This document shows positions 17,920 to 28,879 of a stretch of 64,000 nucleotides of DNA, piece by piece. Where the stretch lies: the NCBI RefSeq assembly GCF_049316945.1, contig NZ_JBMOJE010000012.1, positions 3,752 to 67,751 on the forward strand. Reading direction: 5' to 3'. The stretch's first letter is position 1; each line of letters starts with the position of its first letter. The notes beneath the pieces are model-generated. The model saw nothing but the letters and a program-made list of their open reading frames with translations, did not search any database and was not told where the DNA came from. The translations under genes and the position numbers were made by a program. This DNA comes from Propionivibrio sp. (GTDB lineage Bacteria > Pseudomonadota > Gammaproteobacteria > Burkholderiales > Rhodocyclaceae).

Positions 17920-20703
17920 TCAAACCTCCGTTCCCAGGCGCTTCCAGCGTCGGGCAAAAGCCTCGTGCCCACCTTCCATCACGCGACAGACCTCTCGACG
18001 CACCGAGGCCTCCTGCAACGAGCCACTTTGTTGCACAAAGCACTGTCCGCGACCGAACTCCATGATGTGCACAAGTTCAGCATCGCCATTGACGACCACG
18101 TTCGGGTTGTGGGTCACGACGATGAGCTGGCGGCGCAGTTTGTTCTCCCGAATCTGCCGAACGATCAGGTCATAGATCAGATGGTTGTCCAGGTCGTCTT
18201 CGGGTTGATCGAGTACGATGGGCTCCTCGCCAAACGCCAACAAGAAGGCCAGCAGAGCCGCCGAACGCTGGCCCTGCGAGCCTTGACTGATGGAAGTCCA
18301 ACGGCCATCGCGCTGATACTCAATCCGCAAATCGTCTTCCGGAAACCACGCCAGAACGTGATCGTCAAACTCTGGCTTATCACTCTTGCGCTTGAGATAG
18401 TTGCGGAAGTGCCCTCCCAAGGTGGCGTCTCCGTCCAGCAAGCGGCGTTTAGCCGCTTCGAGTGCACGGGTCTTGGTGGCCTCGTCCGCCTGTGCCAGAT
18501 CGAATGCCATCCCACCCGAAGGATCGCCGTCCTCCATCAAAAGGATGTCGTCAGCAAATCTTTCGTCCGTTACGTCGATCAATTCACGCAGATCGCGCTC
18601 GATCTGCCGCGCATCGAACCCAAAGGCAACGACCGCCATGCGGACATGGGGATTACCAGCCAATGCGTTCTCAATGAACAACTGGCGCGCCTGCGTGATG
18701 GCCTGTCGCTTTCGGGCCACGAGCGCCATTTGCGCTTCAATCTGCTGCAATAGCGTCACACGGTCGCTCTGCATCTGCTTCAGCGCTTTGTGTTGTGCTT
18801 CCAGTTGTTGGCGTTCTTGAGTCAAGCGAGCGAAGGCCTGGGGGTCGTTCACTCCTTGCTGTGCGAGTTGCTGTTGCAGCGCGGCATGCGCCTGCTGTGA
18901 CGCCTGGACACGCGCCTGCCATTGCACAAACCGAGCATCCTTTGGTTGGGATTCACCGAGGGCAAAAAGCTTGCGCGCCTGTTCGAGGATGCCAATACGG
19001 ATCTGCTCGACCTGCTGATTGATCTCTGCCCGCCATGCCAGCAAACCAGCATCCTGTTCGGTGAAATGCTGGCTGGACCAATCATCCAGCACGATGAGTT
19101 CGGGCAACTCGGCAATACGAGTCGCACCATCACGCAGTTGTTCGAACAGCGTCTTGACTTCCCTGCTTTGGTGCTGCGCTTGTGCGTAGGCGCGCAGTAC
19201 CACTGCATGGTCGGTCTGCGACAAGGCAGCCAGCTTTTTCCCGGCCTCATCCAGCTTGCGCTCGACCTCCGCCTGCCCGGCCAGCTTGCCGTTTAACTCG
19301 CGCAATCGAGCGCGCTGCGTGAAGAAAGTGCGTTTCGCTTCTTCAACGGATTGCTTCAGCGGATCGACGTTGGCCGCTTCGTCGATGATGGAGAGCAGCG
19401 TCTGCCGTCCGCCGCCCGCCAACGCCGCAATCTGCCCTTGGGAAAAGATACGTAAGGGGAAACGCGCCGCATTCACACTCTGGCTGGACGATGCATGCCA
19501 TTGTCCTGCTCGCCATTCCTCGACTGCGATGTATTGGCCTTCGGGTTGCCATCGTAAACGAAGGCGCGCGTCTTCATGCTGCCATTCCAAGCCGATAGTA
19601 GTATTCGAGCGCAAGGCGCCTTTATCGTCCCGGCCATTGGCCGACTTGCAAAACGCTGCAAACTGCGCCGTTGGTTCACTCCCTTGGCCCAGCGCCACCA
19701 ATTCCTGTTCACGCCGCGCCGCCAGTCGGAGGGCGTGTACCACGGTAGATTTGCCCGTGCCACGGCCACCAACCACCGCATTGAAAAACGGAGAGCAGGC
19801 CAATCGTGCTGGCTGCCCATTGCCCATGTAGCGAGCCTGCCCGACCTCGATGGCTGTAATGATGTGGGTTGGCACCCGGAAGGGGTCAAAAGCGCCCTCG
19901 TCACTACGCCGAATCGACACGCCATTGCCATCCAGCAAGGCCAGCCGTAGCCCTTCCAGCGTTGGCGATGCCATCTTGACCCAAGTGTAGCGGCTGCCGG
20001 GAACAGCAGCCCCTTGGAAGCTGTGGCAATCGCTGCCGAGTACGCGAGCAAAGCGAGATTCGTCTTGCGCAACGCATTGCGGCCATGGCATCGACGTGTC
20101 GCACCACTCCACCGCTAGCCCCCCTCCGACCGCAATGGCCTGACGCAACGTGTTGCTGTCGAACTGGCTCTGGCTGGTCCCCGGTCGGCATTGCAGCAAA
20201 CCCTTGGCTTGGTCAGCGTGAGCAGGAATTGCAACGGCTCCGGTCGCCTGGATAGCGCGAATCACCTCGGCGATACCCATGCTGGTTACGCCGTCGCTGT
20301 CTCCCTTAGTACCCTGATAATCGACTCGGCCCAACAGGGTGTCGATGTCCCCGGACGTCGCTGCGGGATCGAAGAGAGCTAGCACGTGTACCCCACCGTT
20401 GGCCGAGATTTCCACTCCAGGAAAGATCGTCAGCTCCCGAAACCCAGCAGGCACCGGACCTGCGTTGGCCTGCTGCTTCATCGTTGCGTAGGCCGATTTG
20501 AGCCGGTCGATCCACGCGCCACTGTTGTGATCGGTCACCGCCACACAGTCAATCTCTTGAGCCATGTACTGTCGCAACCAGTCTGCCTCGGTTAACGTCA
20601 GATTCTGCTGATGCCAGGGCGTATCACGCGAGGCTGGTGTATGGGTATGGAAATCGAATTTCCACCAGCGCGAACCCGGGTACGGCCACTCCATCGTTGC
20701 CAT
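17920..20703 (-). CDS. PHP phosphoesterase domain fused to an SMC/Rad50/ABC-type ATPase with a long coiled coil (Ppl/TrlF-like)
   Basis: PHP motifs are KFDFHTHTPASRD, AVTDHNS, IPAHAD and GSDCHS. Walker A is GGRGTGKST. About 250 aa of Gln/Ala-rich coiled coil follow. The signature and Walker B read SQGQRSAALLAFLL...IVLDQPEDDLD. ATG 20703 lies behind AAGGGGGA. Confidence 0.85.
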   Translation of the reverse strand: MATMEWPYPGSRWWKFDFHTHTPASRDTPWHQQNLTLTEADWLRQYMAQEIDCVAVTDHNSGAWIDRLKSAYATMKQQANAGPVPAGFRELTIFPGVEISANGGVHVLALFDPAATSGDIDTLLGRVDYQGTKGDSDGVTSMGIAEVIRAIQATGAVAIPAHADQAKGLLQCRPGTSQSQFDSNTLRQAIAVGGGLAVEWCDTSMPWPQCVAQDESRFARVLGSDCHSFQGAAVPGSRYTWVKMASPTLEGLRLALLDGNGVSIRRSDEGAFDPFRVPTHIITAIEVGQARYMGNGQPARLACSPFFNAVVGGRGTGKSTVVHALRLAARREQELVALGQGSEPTAQFAAFCKSANGRDDKGALRSNTTIGLEWQHEDARLRLRWQPEGQYIAVEEWRAGQWHASSSQSVNAARFPLRIFSQGQIAALAGGGRQTLLSIIDEAANVDPLKQSVEEAKRTFFTQRARLRELNGKLAGQAEVERKLDEAGKKLAALSQTDHAVVLRAYAQAQHQSREVKTLFEQLRDGATRIAELPELIVLDDWSSQHFTEQDAGLLAWRAEINQQVEQIRIGILEQARKLFALGESQPKDARFVQWQARVQASQQAHAALQQQLAQQGVNDPQAFARLTQERQQLEAQHKALKQMQSDRVTLLQQIEAQMALVARKRQAITQARQLFIENALAGNPHVRMAVVAFGFDARQIERDLRELIDVTDERFADDILLMEDGDPSGGMAFDLAQADEATKTRALEAAKRRLLDGDATLGGHFRNYLKRKSDKPEFDDHVLAWFPEDDLRIEYQRDGRWTSISQGSQGQRSAALLAFLLAFGEEPIVLDQPEDDLDNHLIYDLIVRQIRENKLRRQLIVVTHNPNVVVNGDAELVHIMEFGRGQCFVQQSGSLQEASVRREVCRVMEGGHEAFARRWKRLGTEV

Positions 20704-20714
20704 GTCTTTCCCCC

Positions 20715-23651
20715 TTAAATATCCAAGGCGCCCTGCGAGCCGACCAAACCGGCGTCACCGGCAGACTGCTCAATGCTGGACCACGCCGTCACCAACTCGT
20801 TATAGGCGCGGGCCTCTTCGGCCCAGCCTTTGCGCTCGCAGAGTGTGTAGAGGCGGTAGGCCAAAGCTCGCATTGGTTCGGCACGTGCAGGCATGCGGGC
20901 CAGCAATGCACCGGCAGCGGATTCGCCCTGGCTGTTGAGTGCACGAATCAGTTGGTGCAGAGCCTCCCAAACAGGTGTGCGCGTATCGGTCTCGGGGCTC
21001 CAGTCGGCAGGCAATTCAGCCCAGCGCAGTAGGCGCAACTTGCCGGCACCGCTCTCGATCACGCCCGCATCCTGCAAACCGCCGACGCTGGTGCCTTTGG
21101 CGCGGGCCAACACGTCAGCTTCACCGTACTTGCCCTCAGCCCAACCCAGCGACTCAAACCAGTGCAGGCAGAACTGCGTGTCGTGGTCGAAATCATCCTC
21201 GGCAAAGAAGCGATTGATAAGTTGCAGCGCGGTACGCACGCTCATCGGTTTGCCGTCAGCTTCGAGAACGGCAGCGTACTGGCTGAAGATCGCCATGCCG
21301 GGGCCGATGATGGCCTGCGACAGATCGACCGGAGCAACTGGCGAATTGACGCCGCCACGGGTCATATCAAGCAGAGCTTCGGGCAGGTGAGAATTGAGTT
21401 CGCGCAGAAATTCGCGGCGGCTGACCGTGAGGGCATCGGTGGCGCGTTTTCGGCAGACGAGGACGATACTGGAGGCGAGTGCGTTGGTGCCGGAGCCGAT
21501 CATTCGGTTGCTGAGTTCGGTACGCATCGGCCAAGTGCCGGTCAAGGCAAAGCCAGCGCGAAGAACCGCATCAAGAAAGGTTTCCCAACCTGTACTGTGC
21601 GTCCCAGCTTCACCCTTAGTCTCGGCTTGCTTGAATGCGTAATAGATTGTCACCGGGAAAGCGCCATGAGCTTGTTCGGCCAGATTACGCATCGCATGCG
21701 TCATGCCATCAAGGAAGAATATTTCCGCTTCCTCTTTGCCGCCGTGGCGGTAAGAAGTGGCGACCAGTTCCTCAGCCTTCGGCACAGCCAGAGTCGCATA
21801 CAGGCTAGGGAAAATTGGTTTCAGACTCCTGCGTAACCACACGTAAAAGAAATCTGAGAGGTCGGCATAACCAATGTTGTCGTAGTACGGGGGGTCTGTA
21901 GAAACGACTTTTGCAGTACTGATAGTTTGGGTTTGGGCATCGGATTGCTCGGCATAGCCACGAGCCTGAGTCGGCATAAGTTGCAGCGCTTTATAGGCCC
22001 AATCGATCCCGCTGCTCACATTACCCGTTGAGTCAGAAAATGGATTTGTTTCCGCATAGTCCCAAGTCATGGGAATGGCTTGTCGTCCGAAGGTGTTGCG
22101 AATCAGATCTTTGCTGGAATGCCAAGTACAAATCGACGACCAGTAGTCGGACGCTTTGTCTATGGAGAAAGCCAAAAACACTCCGATTGCCTGCGCATAC
22201 GCCGTCGCGCCAGCGCCGACTTTGTCGAGCGGGAGGTCGTGGTCGAGCGCTGCGGCGGCATCAGGCCGATTTTTTTGCAAGTTGTCATTGCGCTCCCAGG
22301 TTGCAAGAGCGTCCTGCCGACAGCGCTCTATAGCCTCGGACACTAGGTCGGAAAGTGTTGTCAGCGCGACTAGCTGACGCGACGTGAAGAGGTCGCCCCA
22401 TTCCGTCAAGCCGTAGGGCACACATGTGCCGCCAGTCAGACGCGCCGGGACATTGCCCGAAGGTTTCCATGTGGGCTTCGCTAGCAAAGGGACGGTTTCG
22501 TGCTCGACAGTCGGCGCCAGATAAATGCGGCCACGCACACCTTCTGCCACAATCGCCATCAAACGAGCCCCCATTCGACCCGCTTGGCCTTCTGCCTTTA
22601 TATAGTTGCCGCTAATCGGGGTTTGCGATAACACGCAGGCGAAGTTGGCTCCGCGCCCAGGGGCCTTAGTGCCGTCAATTGCCTTGGCGGTTGGGGCTCC
22701 CGTTTTCACAGTGAAGCGATAGCAGTCCCCATCCACCACTGGCTCGACATATGCTTCCTTACCTTCCTTGCTAGACAACACGAAAGTTGAGACCAGCGGC
22801 ACTTCTGCGTGACTGAAAGCCGGATTAGGGCTTTTTACTGTTCGAGCCCATAGCCAAGCAATGACCGTCAACTTCTGCCCAAGCAAAGGCTTGAGGTCAG
22901 GACGCTCGGAAACTATCTCTGCCGTAATTTCTAATTTCGGATAAAGATGACCGATGCGCTTTTTTGCCTCAGACCTCATCCAATCGCCATAACGCCGAAC
23001 GTCCTCGGCCAGCCCCCGCGCACCCGCCCAATCCTCACTCAGGCTGCCTTGTTGGTCACCGGCCAGCCTTGGCCCGACTGGTGCGCGACCGGCAAAGCGC
23101 GGCGGGATTTCGATCATCGCTTTGTTGATTGTCACCGCCACCGGATTGAGGTCGCTGGCGTAGCTTTCTAGCCCCAAGCGCTGCGCCTCCAACGGCAACG
23201 CACCACCGCCAGCAAAGGGATCATGGAAGGCCGGCAATTTGTCTGGGTTGAACAAGTCAGCCGCCTGCGGATGCCCCTTGTTCAGCTCACAAGTCTCGCG
23301 CCAACTGCGCACGATTTCGGCACGCGCACGGGACAGCACCTCCTCGTTGTTGGTGTTCTCCCAGAGAACGAGGTCCTCGATGATCTTGAACAGCCGCTCG
23401 CGCTCGATAGCGGCCTTTTCCTTGTTCACACCGTACTTGAAGCCGCCGCCTTGCTGGTAGCCGGGATCGTTGACCATCTGCGCGAAGATCACTGCACGTG
23501 CTGCCGCAAGCGGACGTCGCGCCCACCACAAATGCAACGTGCTCGGGTGGCCGTGACGAATGGACTTTTCTTTTGCCGCTGCCACGTTAATGGCATCAAG
23601 CGGTAGGGCGACTTCGATAAGCTTCTTTGGAGTTTTGATGGTCGTGGTCAT
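20715..23651 (-). CDS. DUF1156-family DNA methyltransferase (DPPY type, N6-adenine or N4-cytosine)
   Basis: The N-terminus [45 protein letters not shown] is the DUF1156 hallmark. The SAM motif is [10 protein letters not shown] and the catalytic motif is [22 protein letters not shown]. The start overlaps the upstream stop (ATGA). Confidence 0.9.
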   Translation of the reverse strand: MTTTIKTPKKLIEVALPLDAINVAAAKEKSIRHGHPSTLHLWWARRPLAAARAVIFAQMVNDPGYQQGGGFKYGVNKEKAAIERERLFKIIEDLVLWENTNNEEVLSRARAEIVRSWRETCELNKGHPQAADLFNPDKLPAFHDPFAGGGALPLEAQRLGLESYASDLNPVAVTINKAMIEIPPRFAGRAPVGPRLAGDQQGSLSEDWAGARGLAEDVRRYGDWMRSEAKKRIGHLYPKLEITAEIVSERPDLKPLLGQKLTVIAWLWARTVKSPNPAFSHAEVPLVSTFVLSSKEGKEAYVEPVVDGDCYRFTVKTGAPTAKAIDGTKAPGRGANFACVLSQTPISGNYIKAEGQAGRMGARLMAIVAEGVRGRIYLAPTVEHETVPLLAKPTWKPSGNVPARLTGGTCVPYGLTEWGDLFTSRQLVALTTLSDLVSEAIERCRQDALATWERNDNLQKNRPDAAAALDHDLPLDKVGAGATAYAQAIGVFLAFSIDKASDYWSSICTWHSSKDLIRNTFGRQAIPMTWDYAETNPFSDSTGNVSSGIDWAYKALQLMPTQARGYAEQSDAQTQTISTAKVVSTDPPYYDNIGYADLSDFFYVWLRRSLKPIFPSLYATLAVPKAEELVATSYRHGGKEEAEIFFLDGMTHAMRNLAEQAHGAFPVTIYYAFKQAETKGEAGTHSTGWETFLDAVLRAGFALTGTWPMRTELSNRMIGSGTNALASSIVLVCRKRATDALTVSRREFLRELNSHLPEALLDMTRGGVNSPVAPVDLSQAIIGPGMAIFSQYAAVLEADGKPMSVRTALQLINRFFAEDDFDHDTQFCLHWFESLGWAEGKYGEADVLARAKGTSVGGLQDAGVIESGAGKLRLLRWAELPADWSPETDTRTPVWEALHQLIRALNSQGESAAGALLARMPARAEPMRALAYRLYTLCERKGWAEEARAYNELVTAWSSIEQSAGDAGLVGSQGALDI

Positions 23652-24352
23652 TTGTTTTCCTGCTGCTTGCTGCCTTTTGTTTTGTTGGTGCGAGGCGGGC
23701 GCTTGGGCGTAGCCGCAGCTAATTCCTTGGCCTTTTCTTCCAAAACTTCCGCGTGAATCACTCGCTCTACGATATCTATGACGGTGTTCAATGAGTCGGC
23801 AGTCGGTTGATGTCCTCTATGCATTGCGGCAGAGCCTGCCTCAAATGCAGCCTCAATAATAGGGCGTTCTTGTATGCTCAAAAGATTCGCATTTTGCAAA
23901 GCATCGAGACCCGCAACAAAACTGCCGTGATCCCCAATCTTTTTGGAGATCGCTTTGTCGATGATCGACCTTGCTCCCATCATTGCCAATCGCCTGCTGT
24001 CGGCGTGCAATGCGGTATAGACCTCATCGAGTAGCCCGTGATAACCCGGAGCCTCTCGCCGCAACAGCCAATCAGGTTTTCGCCTGGAGACTCGTGGAGG
24101 GAAATACGTCGGGGTATATCCATCCTGCGGGTCATCCTCTGAGCACCAGTCGATTCGACTCATGGCAACCTCGTTGCATCCGCAGCATTGCAGAATCCGC
24201 CAGTTGGTGCCCACCGAAACCGTGCATCGGTCTGCGTCAAAATCGCGTGATCTACGGATCAGTTTCACGACTTTGTGCAAAGTTTCTTGGCAGCATTCAT
24301 TGCAATGCGACCAAATCGGGGGCTCCGTTTTTGCTCTCGTGCCACTGGTCAT
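23648..24352 (-). CDS. zinc-ribbon plus DUF4145-like protein (234 aa) with a basic C-terminal tail
   Basis: CNECCQ...CCGCN gives a four-Cys ribbon. The helical C-terminal region ([24 protein letters not shown] ... AAMHRGH) resembles the DUF4145 domains found in R-M loci. ATGA overlaps occur at both ends. Confidence 0.65.
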   Translation of the reverse strand: MTSGTRAKTEPPIWSHCNECCQETLHKVVKLIRRSRDFDADRCTVSVGTNWRILQCCGCNEVAMSRIDWCSEDDPQDGYTPTYFPPRVSRRKPDWLLRREAPGYHGLLDEVYTALHADSRRLAMMGARSIIDKAISKKIGDHGSFVAGLDALQNANLLSIQERPIIEAAFEAGSAAMHRGHQPTADSLNTVIDIVERVIHAEVLEEKAKELAAATPKRPPRTNKTKGSKQQENK

Positions 24353-27300
24353 AGCGCACTTCCGGGTTTGATGGATCGCTTCAGCAGTTCTGGCAAGTCA
24401 AGATTAATGCTGGTCACCGCCCAATCTGGTTCCTGCGTAAAAGGCGTGGACACGTAATACGGACCTTCGTGGTGATCGCCATCGACGATGACTATTGCCA
24501 GAATGAATTTGTCCTGCTGATTGAGGCCATAGAGGATTTCATTGCGGGTGACGGTAATCGTGCTTTGCCCCTTGGCGCGACCCTTGACCTCAATGTGTCG
24601 TGATGCGGGCAGCTTGCCGTCGATGGCCCTTGGCAGGCTCGTTACGTCCCAGCCACATTTCTGCGCCGATACGTCGATAACTTCATGCCCGAGTGCGCGC
24701 TCGGCATCCATCACGGCATTCATGGCGATCCACTCGACGCGTGCACGCGCATCGGCGTCGGCGCTCCATCCCGGTTGGCCTTTGCGTTGTGCCAGCAAGC
24801 CTGCCGGAATGACCAGCGCACCGCCAGCCACCACGGGTGTAGCCGAGATAACGTGGCGCATGGCGAGGAGTTCCTTTTCACGCGACTCCCGGCGTGCGGT
24901 CAGATCGTCAATTGTGCGGCGGACGTTTTCGAGCGTCAGGCGAACGTCTTTGCCGGCAGCCATGTCGTCTCCGAGCTTGATGTAGCGATCCGACCAGTAG
25001 TTGATTTCCTTGACCAGACGTTCGTGAACCGCATTCAAGGTCTTGTCGACGTGCTTTTCGCGCCGGCTTCGCACCTCGTCGAAATGTTCGGGCACGAGAT
25101 GCGTCGAAGCATGCGCCAGTGCCTGCTGTTCAAGGTTTTGCGTGATCCACGGCGCGGCAAGCACGTCTTCGATCAATGCAACGTCTGCCTTGTCGATGGG
25201 TTCAAGGTCGAGGTGAGGTGCCCAGCCGGCGTTAATTGCGCCGCCTTGCGGATCGATCTCGACGAACTGCATGCGCCGGGAGACGACGTGCGTCAGGTCG
25301 GCGCCTTCCTTTACGGAGTGGTCGATGATGAGCATGACCTTGGGCGTAATACCCATGTCGCTTGAGTCGACGAGGATTGCACCCTGCTTCAGCTTGTTGC
25401 GGTGCTGCTCCATCACAATGTCAGTCACCGACTGCATCAAGGGATGGCCGGGGTGCATCAGGCTCGCCATCGGTGCCCCGATCTTGTCGGCCACGCGGAC
25501 GAACTGCTTCTCGAAGCAGACGCGCTCATAACGGCGCAGCACCGGGTCGGCGTTGCGGCGATCCCGGCCAGTGATTTGCCGATCACGTTCGCGGATATTG
25601 GCCGGAACGTGGGTAATCTCGTAGCGGCCCTGCTCACGTGGCCGCAGTTCGCCACCCAGTCGTTGGAATGCCTGATTGAAGAATGAGCGGATGAAATAGG
25701 GCTGAAGCTTGCGCGCTTCGGCCTTTTCCATTTCCTCCTTGACGGCGAACAGGCGGCGCTCGTCCATCACTTCTTCGCATAAGGCGTTGCGCTTGATGAT
25801 GGTTTCGAGATGCTGCGTATCCAGCGCGCCTTCTACTTTGCGATGCAAGCGGGCACGAATCTCGGGGTCGTCGCCGTAGCGGATGGCTTCGATCAACAAA
25901 TCTTTGAGGCTCTTGTCCTCGAACACTTCGCCGAGAATGTCGAACACGCGACCGCCCAGTGCCTTGCGCTCGACTTCCAGTTTTTCAAAGAGGCGCTGAA
26001 AAACATCGCCTTCGCGGGTCTCGGCGGCGACCATGTTCCAGAGGTGGCATACCTCGGTCTGCCCGATACGGTGGATACGTCCGAAACGTTGCTCAAGCCG
26101 GTTCGGGTTCCACGGCAGGTCGTAGTTAACCATCAGGTTTGCGTTTTGGAGGTTCACGCCTTCGCCTGCCGCGTCGGTCGCCAGCAGCACCCGAGTGGAA
26201 GGATCGTTGCGAAATAGCTCCTGCACCTTGCGGCGATCTTCGCGTTTGACGCCGCCGTGGATCATAACCACGGATTCCTCATTGCCGATCAGGCCGCGAA
26301 TCTTGACGGCGAGGTAATTCAGCGTGTCCCGGTGCTCGGTGAAGATGATGAGCTTGCGCTGGCGACCATCGGCATCACGCATCTCCGGTGTGTTCTGGAG
26401 CAGCTTGGAAAGCTCGTCCCATTTGCGGTCTTGGCCGGAATGGACGACTTGCCGTGCTTGTTCCTCCAAGCCTTCGAGGATGATGATTTCGGCTTCGAGT
26501 TCCTGAATCGTTTGGGCGGCGGTGGCCTGATCGACGACGGCTTCCTCGAAGTTTTCGTAGTCATCCGGCGATAGTGCGTCGGCTGATTCCCAAATGTCGT
26601 CCGGTACGTTGTTGAAGGTAGTCGTGTTAAGGGTTTCAGCCAGCGAGTGCCCACGCTGGCGCAGCTTCTCGTCTTCTACACGGCGCTTGAGCTTGGAACT
26701 GCGACGCCGCAGTGACTGGTAGATCGCTTCCGGGCTGGAGGCCAATCGACGTTGCAAGGAAGTGAGTGCGAACCCGACCGTGCCCTTGCGTGCGCCATCC
26801 TGAAGCTGATCGGCGCGGTTCATTTCCTCCTTCACGTAGTCCGTGACGGCGGTGTACAGCGCGGCTTCGGGGTCAGATAGTTTGTAGTTGGCGGTGCGTG
26901 CCCGGCGCTCAGGGAACAGGGGCGAGCCATCGAACTTGAGCAGGTCTTCCTTGACCATCCGGCGCATGAGGTCGGTCACATCCACCTTGTGCGCGCCATC
27001 GCGGAACTTGCCGTAGAAACGGTCGGAGTCCAGCAGCGACATGAACAACTGGAAATCTTCCTCCTTGCCGTTGTGGGGCGTGGCGGTCATTAGCAGGAAG
27101 TGACGGGTAATCGACCCCAGCAACTCGCCAAGCAGGAAACGCTTGGTCTTATTGACCTTGTTGCCGAAGTAGCTGGCCGAGAGCTTGTGCGCTTCATCGA
27201 CGACGATCAGGTCCCAATGCGACAGGCGCAGCTTTTCCTGTAGGTCTTCGGCGCGGGACAGTTGATCGACGCGGGCAACCATCAGGTCGATGTCGTCGAA

Positions 27301-27885
27301 GGGGTTGCCGCTGCGCGACTGCTCAACCTGCTCGCGGGAAAACAGCGTGAAGGACAGGCCGAACTTCTCAAACATTTCATCCTGCCACTGCTCGACCAGA
27401 CTGCCGGGAGCAACGATCAGGACGCGCTTGGCGTCGGCACGCATCAGCAGTTCGCGGATGAACAACCCGGCCATGATCGTTTTGCCCGCACCGGGGTCGT
27501 CTGCCAGCACGTAGCGCAAGGGCTGGCGCGGCAGCATGGATTCGTACACTGCGGTGATCTGGTGCGGCAGAGGTTCGACGTTGGAGGTATGAACCGCCAT
27601 CATCGGGTCGAACAAGTGCGCGAGATTGATCCGATAGGCTTCGGCGGCGAGCTTGAATTCCTCGCCGGGTGCATCGAATGCCCACGGACGGCCAGCTTCG
27701 GCCAGCGACAGGTTTGCCTCGTCGGTGCGGAAGAGCATGCGCTCAAGCAGCTTGCCGTCCGGGGTCTTGAAATAGACGGTGAGGGCGTTGTCGCCGACTG
27801 GCTCTGTCGTGACGACGCGAACAACATGCCCCGGCTCGATACCGGAGATGGCTGCATTTTTCTTGATGTCTTCGAGTTTCAGCAT
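24349..27885 (-). CDS. SNF2-family helicase with a C-terminal DUF3883 (restriction-endonuclease-like) domain
   Basis: The helicase motifs are DDPGAGKT (I), VVDEAH (II), MTATPHNG (III), [11 protein letters not shown] (V) and [11 protein letters not shown] (VI). The C-terminal GWDVTS...RHIEVKGR...ILAIVIV is DUF3883-like. ATG 27885 lies behind GGAGA, 2 nt after the WYL gene's stop. The 37-codon extension in the ORF track is rejected. Confidence 0.9.
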   Translation of the reverse strand: MLKLEDIKKNAAISGIEPGHVVRVVTTEPVGDNALTVYFKTPDGKLLERMLFRTDEANLSLAEAGRPWAFDAPGEEFKLAAEAYRINLAHLFDPMMAVHTSNVEPLPHQITAVYESMLPRQPLRYVLADDPGAGKTIMAGLFIRELLMRADAKRVLIVAPGSLVEQWQDEMFEKFGLSFTLFSREQVEQSRSGNPFDDIDLMVARVDQLSRAEDLQEKLRLSHWDLIVVDEAHKLSASYFGNKVNKTKRFLLGELLGSITRHFLLMTATPHNGKEEDFQLFMSLLDSDRFYGKFRDGAHKVDVTDLMRRMVKEDLLKFDGSPLFPERRARTANYKLSDPEAALYTAVTDYVKEEMNRADQLQDGARKGTVGFALTSLQRRLASSPEAIYQSLRRRSSKLKRRVEDEKLRQRGHSLAETLNTTTFNNVPDDIWESADALSPDDYENFEEAVVDQATAAQTIQELEAEIIILEGLEEQARQVVHSGQDRKWDELSKLLQNTPEMRDADGRQRKLIIFTEHRDTLNYLAVKIRGLIGNEESVVMIHGGVKREDRRKVQELFRNDPSTRVLLATDAAGEGVNLQNANLMVNYDLPWNPNRLEQRFGRIHRIGQTEVCHLWNMVAAETREGDVFQRLFEKLEVERKALGGRVFDILGEVFEDKSLKDLLIEAIRYGDDPEIRARLHRKVEGALDTQHLETIIKRNALCEEVMDERRLFAVKEEMEKAEARKLQPYFIRSFFNQAFQRLGGELRPREQGRYEITHVPANIRERDRQITGRDRRNADPVLRRYERVCFEKQFVRVADKIGAPMASLMHPGHPLMQSVTDIVMEQHRNKLKQGAILVDSSDMGITPKVMLIIDHSVKEGADLTHVVSRRMQFVEIDPQGGAINAGWAPHLDLEPIDKADVALIEDVLAAPWITQNLEQQALAHASTHLVPEHFDEVRSRREKHVDKTLNAVHERLVKEINYWSDRYIKLGDDMAAGKDVRLTLENVRRTIDDLTARRESREKELLAMRHVISATPVVAGGALVIPAGLLAQRKGQPGWSADADARARVEWIAMNAVMDAERALGHEVIDVSAQKCGWDVTSLPRAIDGKLPASRHIEVKGRAKGQSTITVTRNEILYGLNQQDKFILAIVIVDGDHHEGPYYVSTPFTQEPDWAVTSINLDLPELLKRSIKPGSAL

Positions 27886-27887
27886 GG

Positions 27888-28781
27888 TCAGGCTTTCTCC
27901 GGCTGTTCGTACCCCGGCGCCAACAACAGGTTGGTCACGCCGTAGAGGGCTTGCCGGTTGCGCAGCCAAAGGTGGAATTCGGACCCGCGCAGGCAATGGT
28001 TTTCGGTGCAGTCAACATTCCAGCGACGCACCAAGTAGCCGGCGAGCGCTGCGCGAACCAGCACCTTGAGTTGCCCGTCCTCCATGCCGTACTCGGCCTC
28101 GATGGTGTCGGGGTGCTGGACGTTGGCGGGGTGCGGAACTAGTTCGAGGTCAACGATGCGATTCCATTGATTGTCGCGGTCCGAGGTCTCGTGCTCGCCG
28201 ATCTCGCTGCTTAGTGCCTTGGCGTCGGCGATGCGTGCCAGTACGAAATCGCGGAATTCGCCGCTGCGACGATCAAATGCCCGAACGTGCCAGCGCTGTC
28301 CGTTGTCGGCCAAGGCGAAGGGCACGATCTCGCGTGTGGTCAGGCCGCTGGTCAGCGCACGGTAGGAAATCTCGACCGGTGATTTGCTGTAGATGGCCCG
28401 CGTAACCACCGAAAGGGTATCGAGGTCAATCTTGCTCGATACGACCATCGGCTCGCAGGGAAATGGCGAGCGGAGGCGCAGCGGCTCGGCATCGCCGAAT
28501 CCTTGCGACAGCCAGGTCAGGATACGGTCTGCCGAGAAGTCGAACACCGGACGGAACCATTCGCCACAGCGATACGCCTTGCTCTTGGCGTCGTAGTCGA
28601 GGTTGCGCGGTGCCAAATCCTTGTATGCGCCGAGGTCGCGTGTCGCTGCCGCCGTTTGAATACCGAAGCGTGAAACGAGGTCTTGACGACGAAACTCCCC
28701 GACGAAGCGAAGACGCAACTCGATGAACGCGAGGCGGTCACGCTGAGATTGGGTAAGTTCCGACAGTTGCTGAGTGGTCAT
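27888..28781 (-). CDS. WYL-domain transcriptional regulator (BrxR/CapW-like)
   Basis: An N-terminal wHTH-like region ([29 protein letters not shown]) is followed by the WYL core [35 protein letters not shown]. It is the first gene of the operon. Confidence 0.85.
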   Translation of the reverse strand: MTTQQLSELTQSQRDRLAFIELRLRFVGEFRRQDLVSRFGIQTAAATRDLGAYKDLAPRNLDYDAKSKAYRCGEWFRPVFDFSADRILTWLSQGFGDAEPLRLRSPFPCEPMVVSSKIDLDTLSVVTRAIYSKSPVEISYRALTSGLTTREIVPFALADNGQRWHVRAFDRRSGEFRDFVLARIADAKALSSEIGEHETSDRDNQWNRIVDLELVPHPANVQHPDTIEAEYGMEDGQLKVLVRAALAGYLVRRWNVDCTENHCLRGSEFHLWLRNRQALYGVTNLLLAPGYEQPEKA

Positions 28782-28819
28782 GCTGGTTGGTCTCGCGGCA
28801 GTTAACTGGTAGCTTATCC

Positions 28820-28847
28820 GCGCCTTATTGATAAGTCAATAAGGCGC
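28820..28847. promoter_or_regulatory. Perfect 12-bp inverted repeat GCGCCTTATTGA-TAAG-TCAATAAGGCGC; candidate operator of the WYL regulator
   Basis: Read directly from the sequence. It lies 39-66 nt upstream of the WYL start (28781) in the 98-nt gap after the preceding gene. No U-run follows on the minus strand, so a terminator is unlikely. Confidence 0.5.
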
Positions 28848-28879
28848 AAAATGATCGTAATCAGAGATTGTTTTAATTC

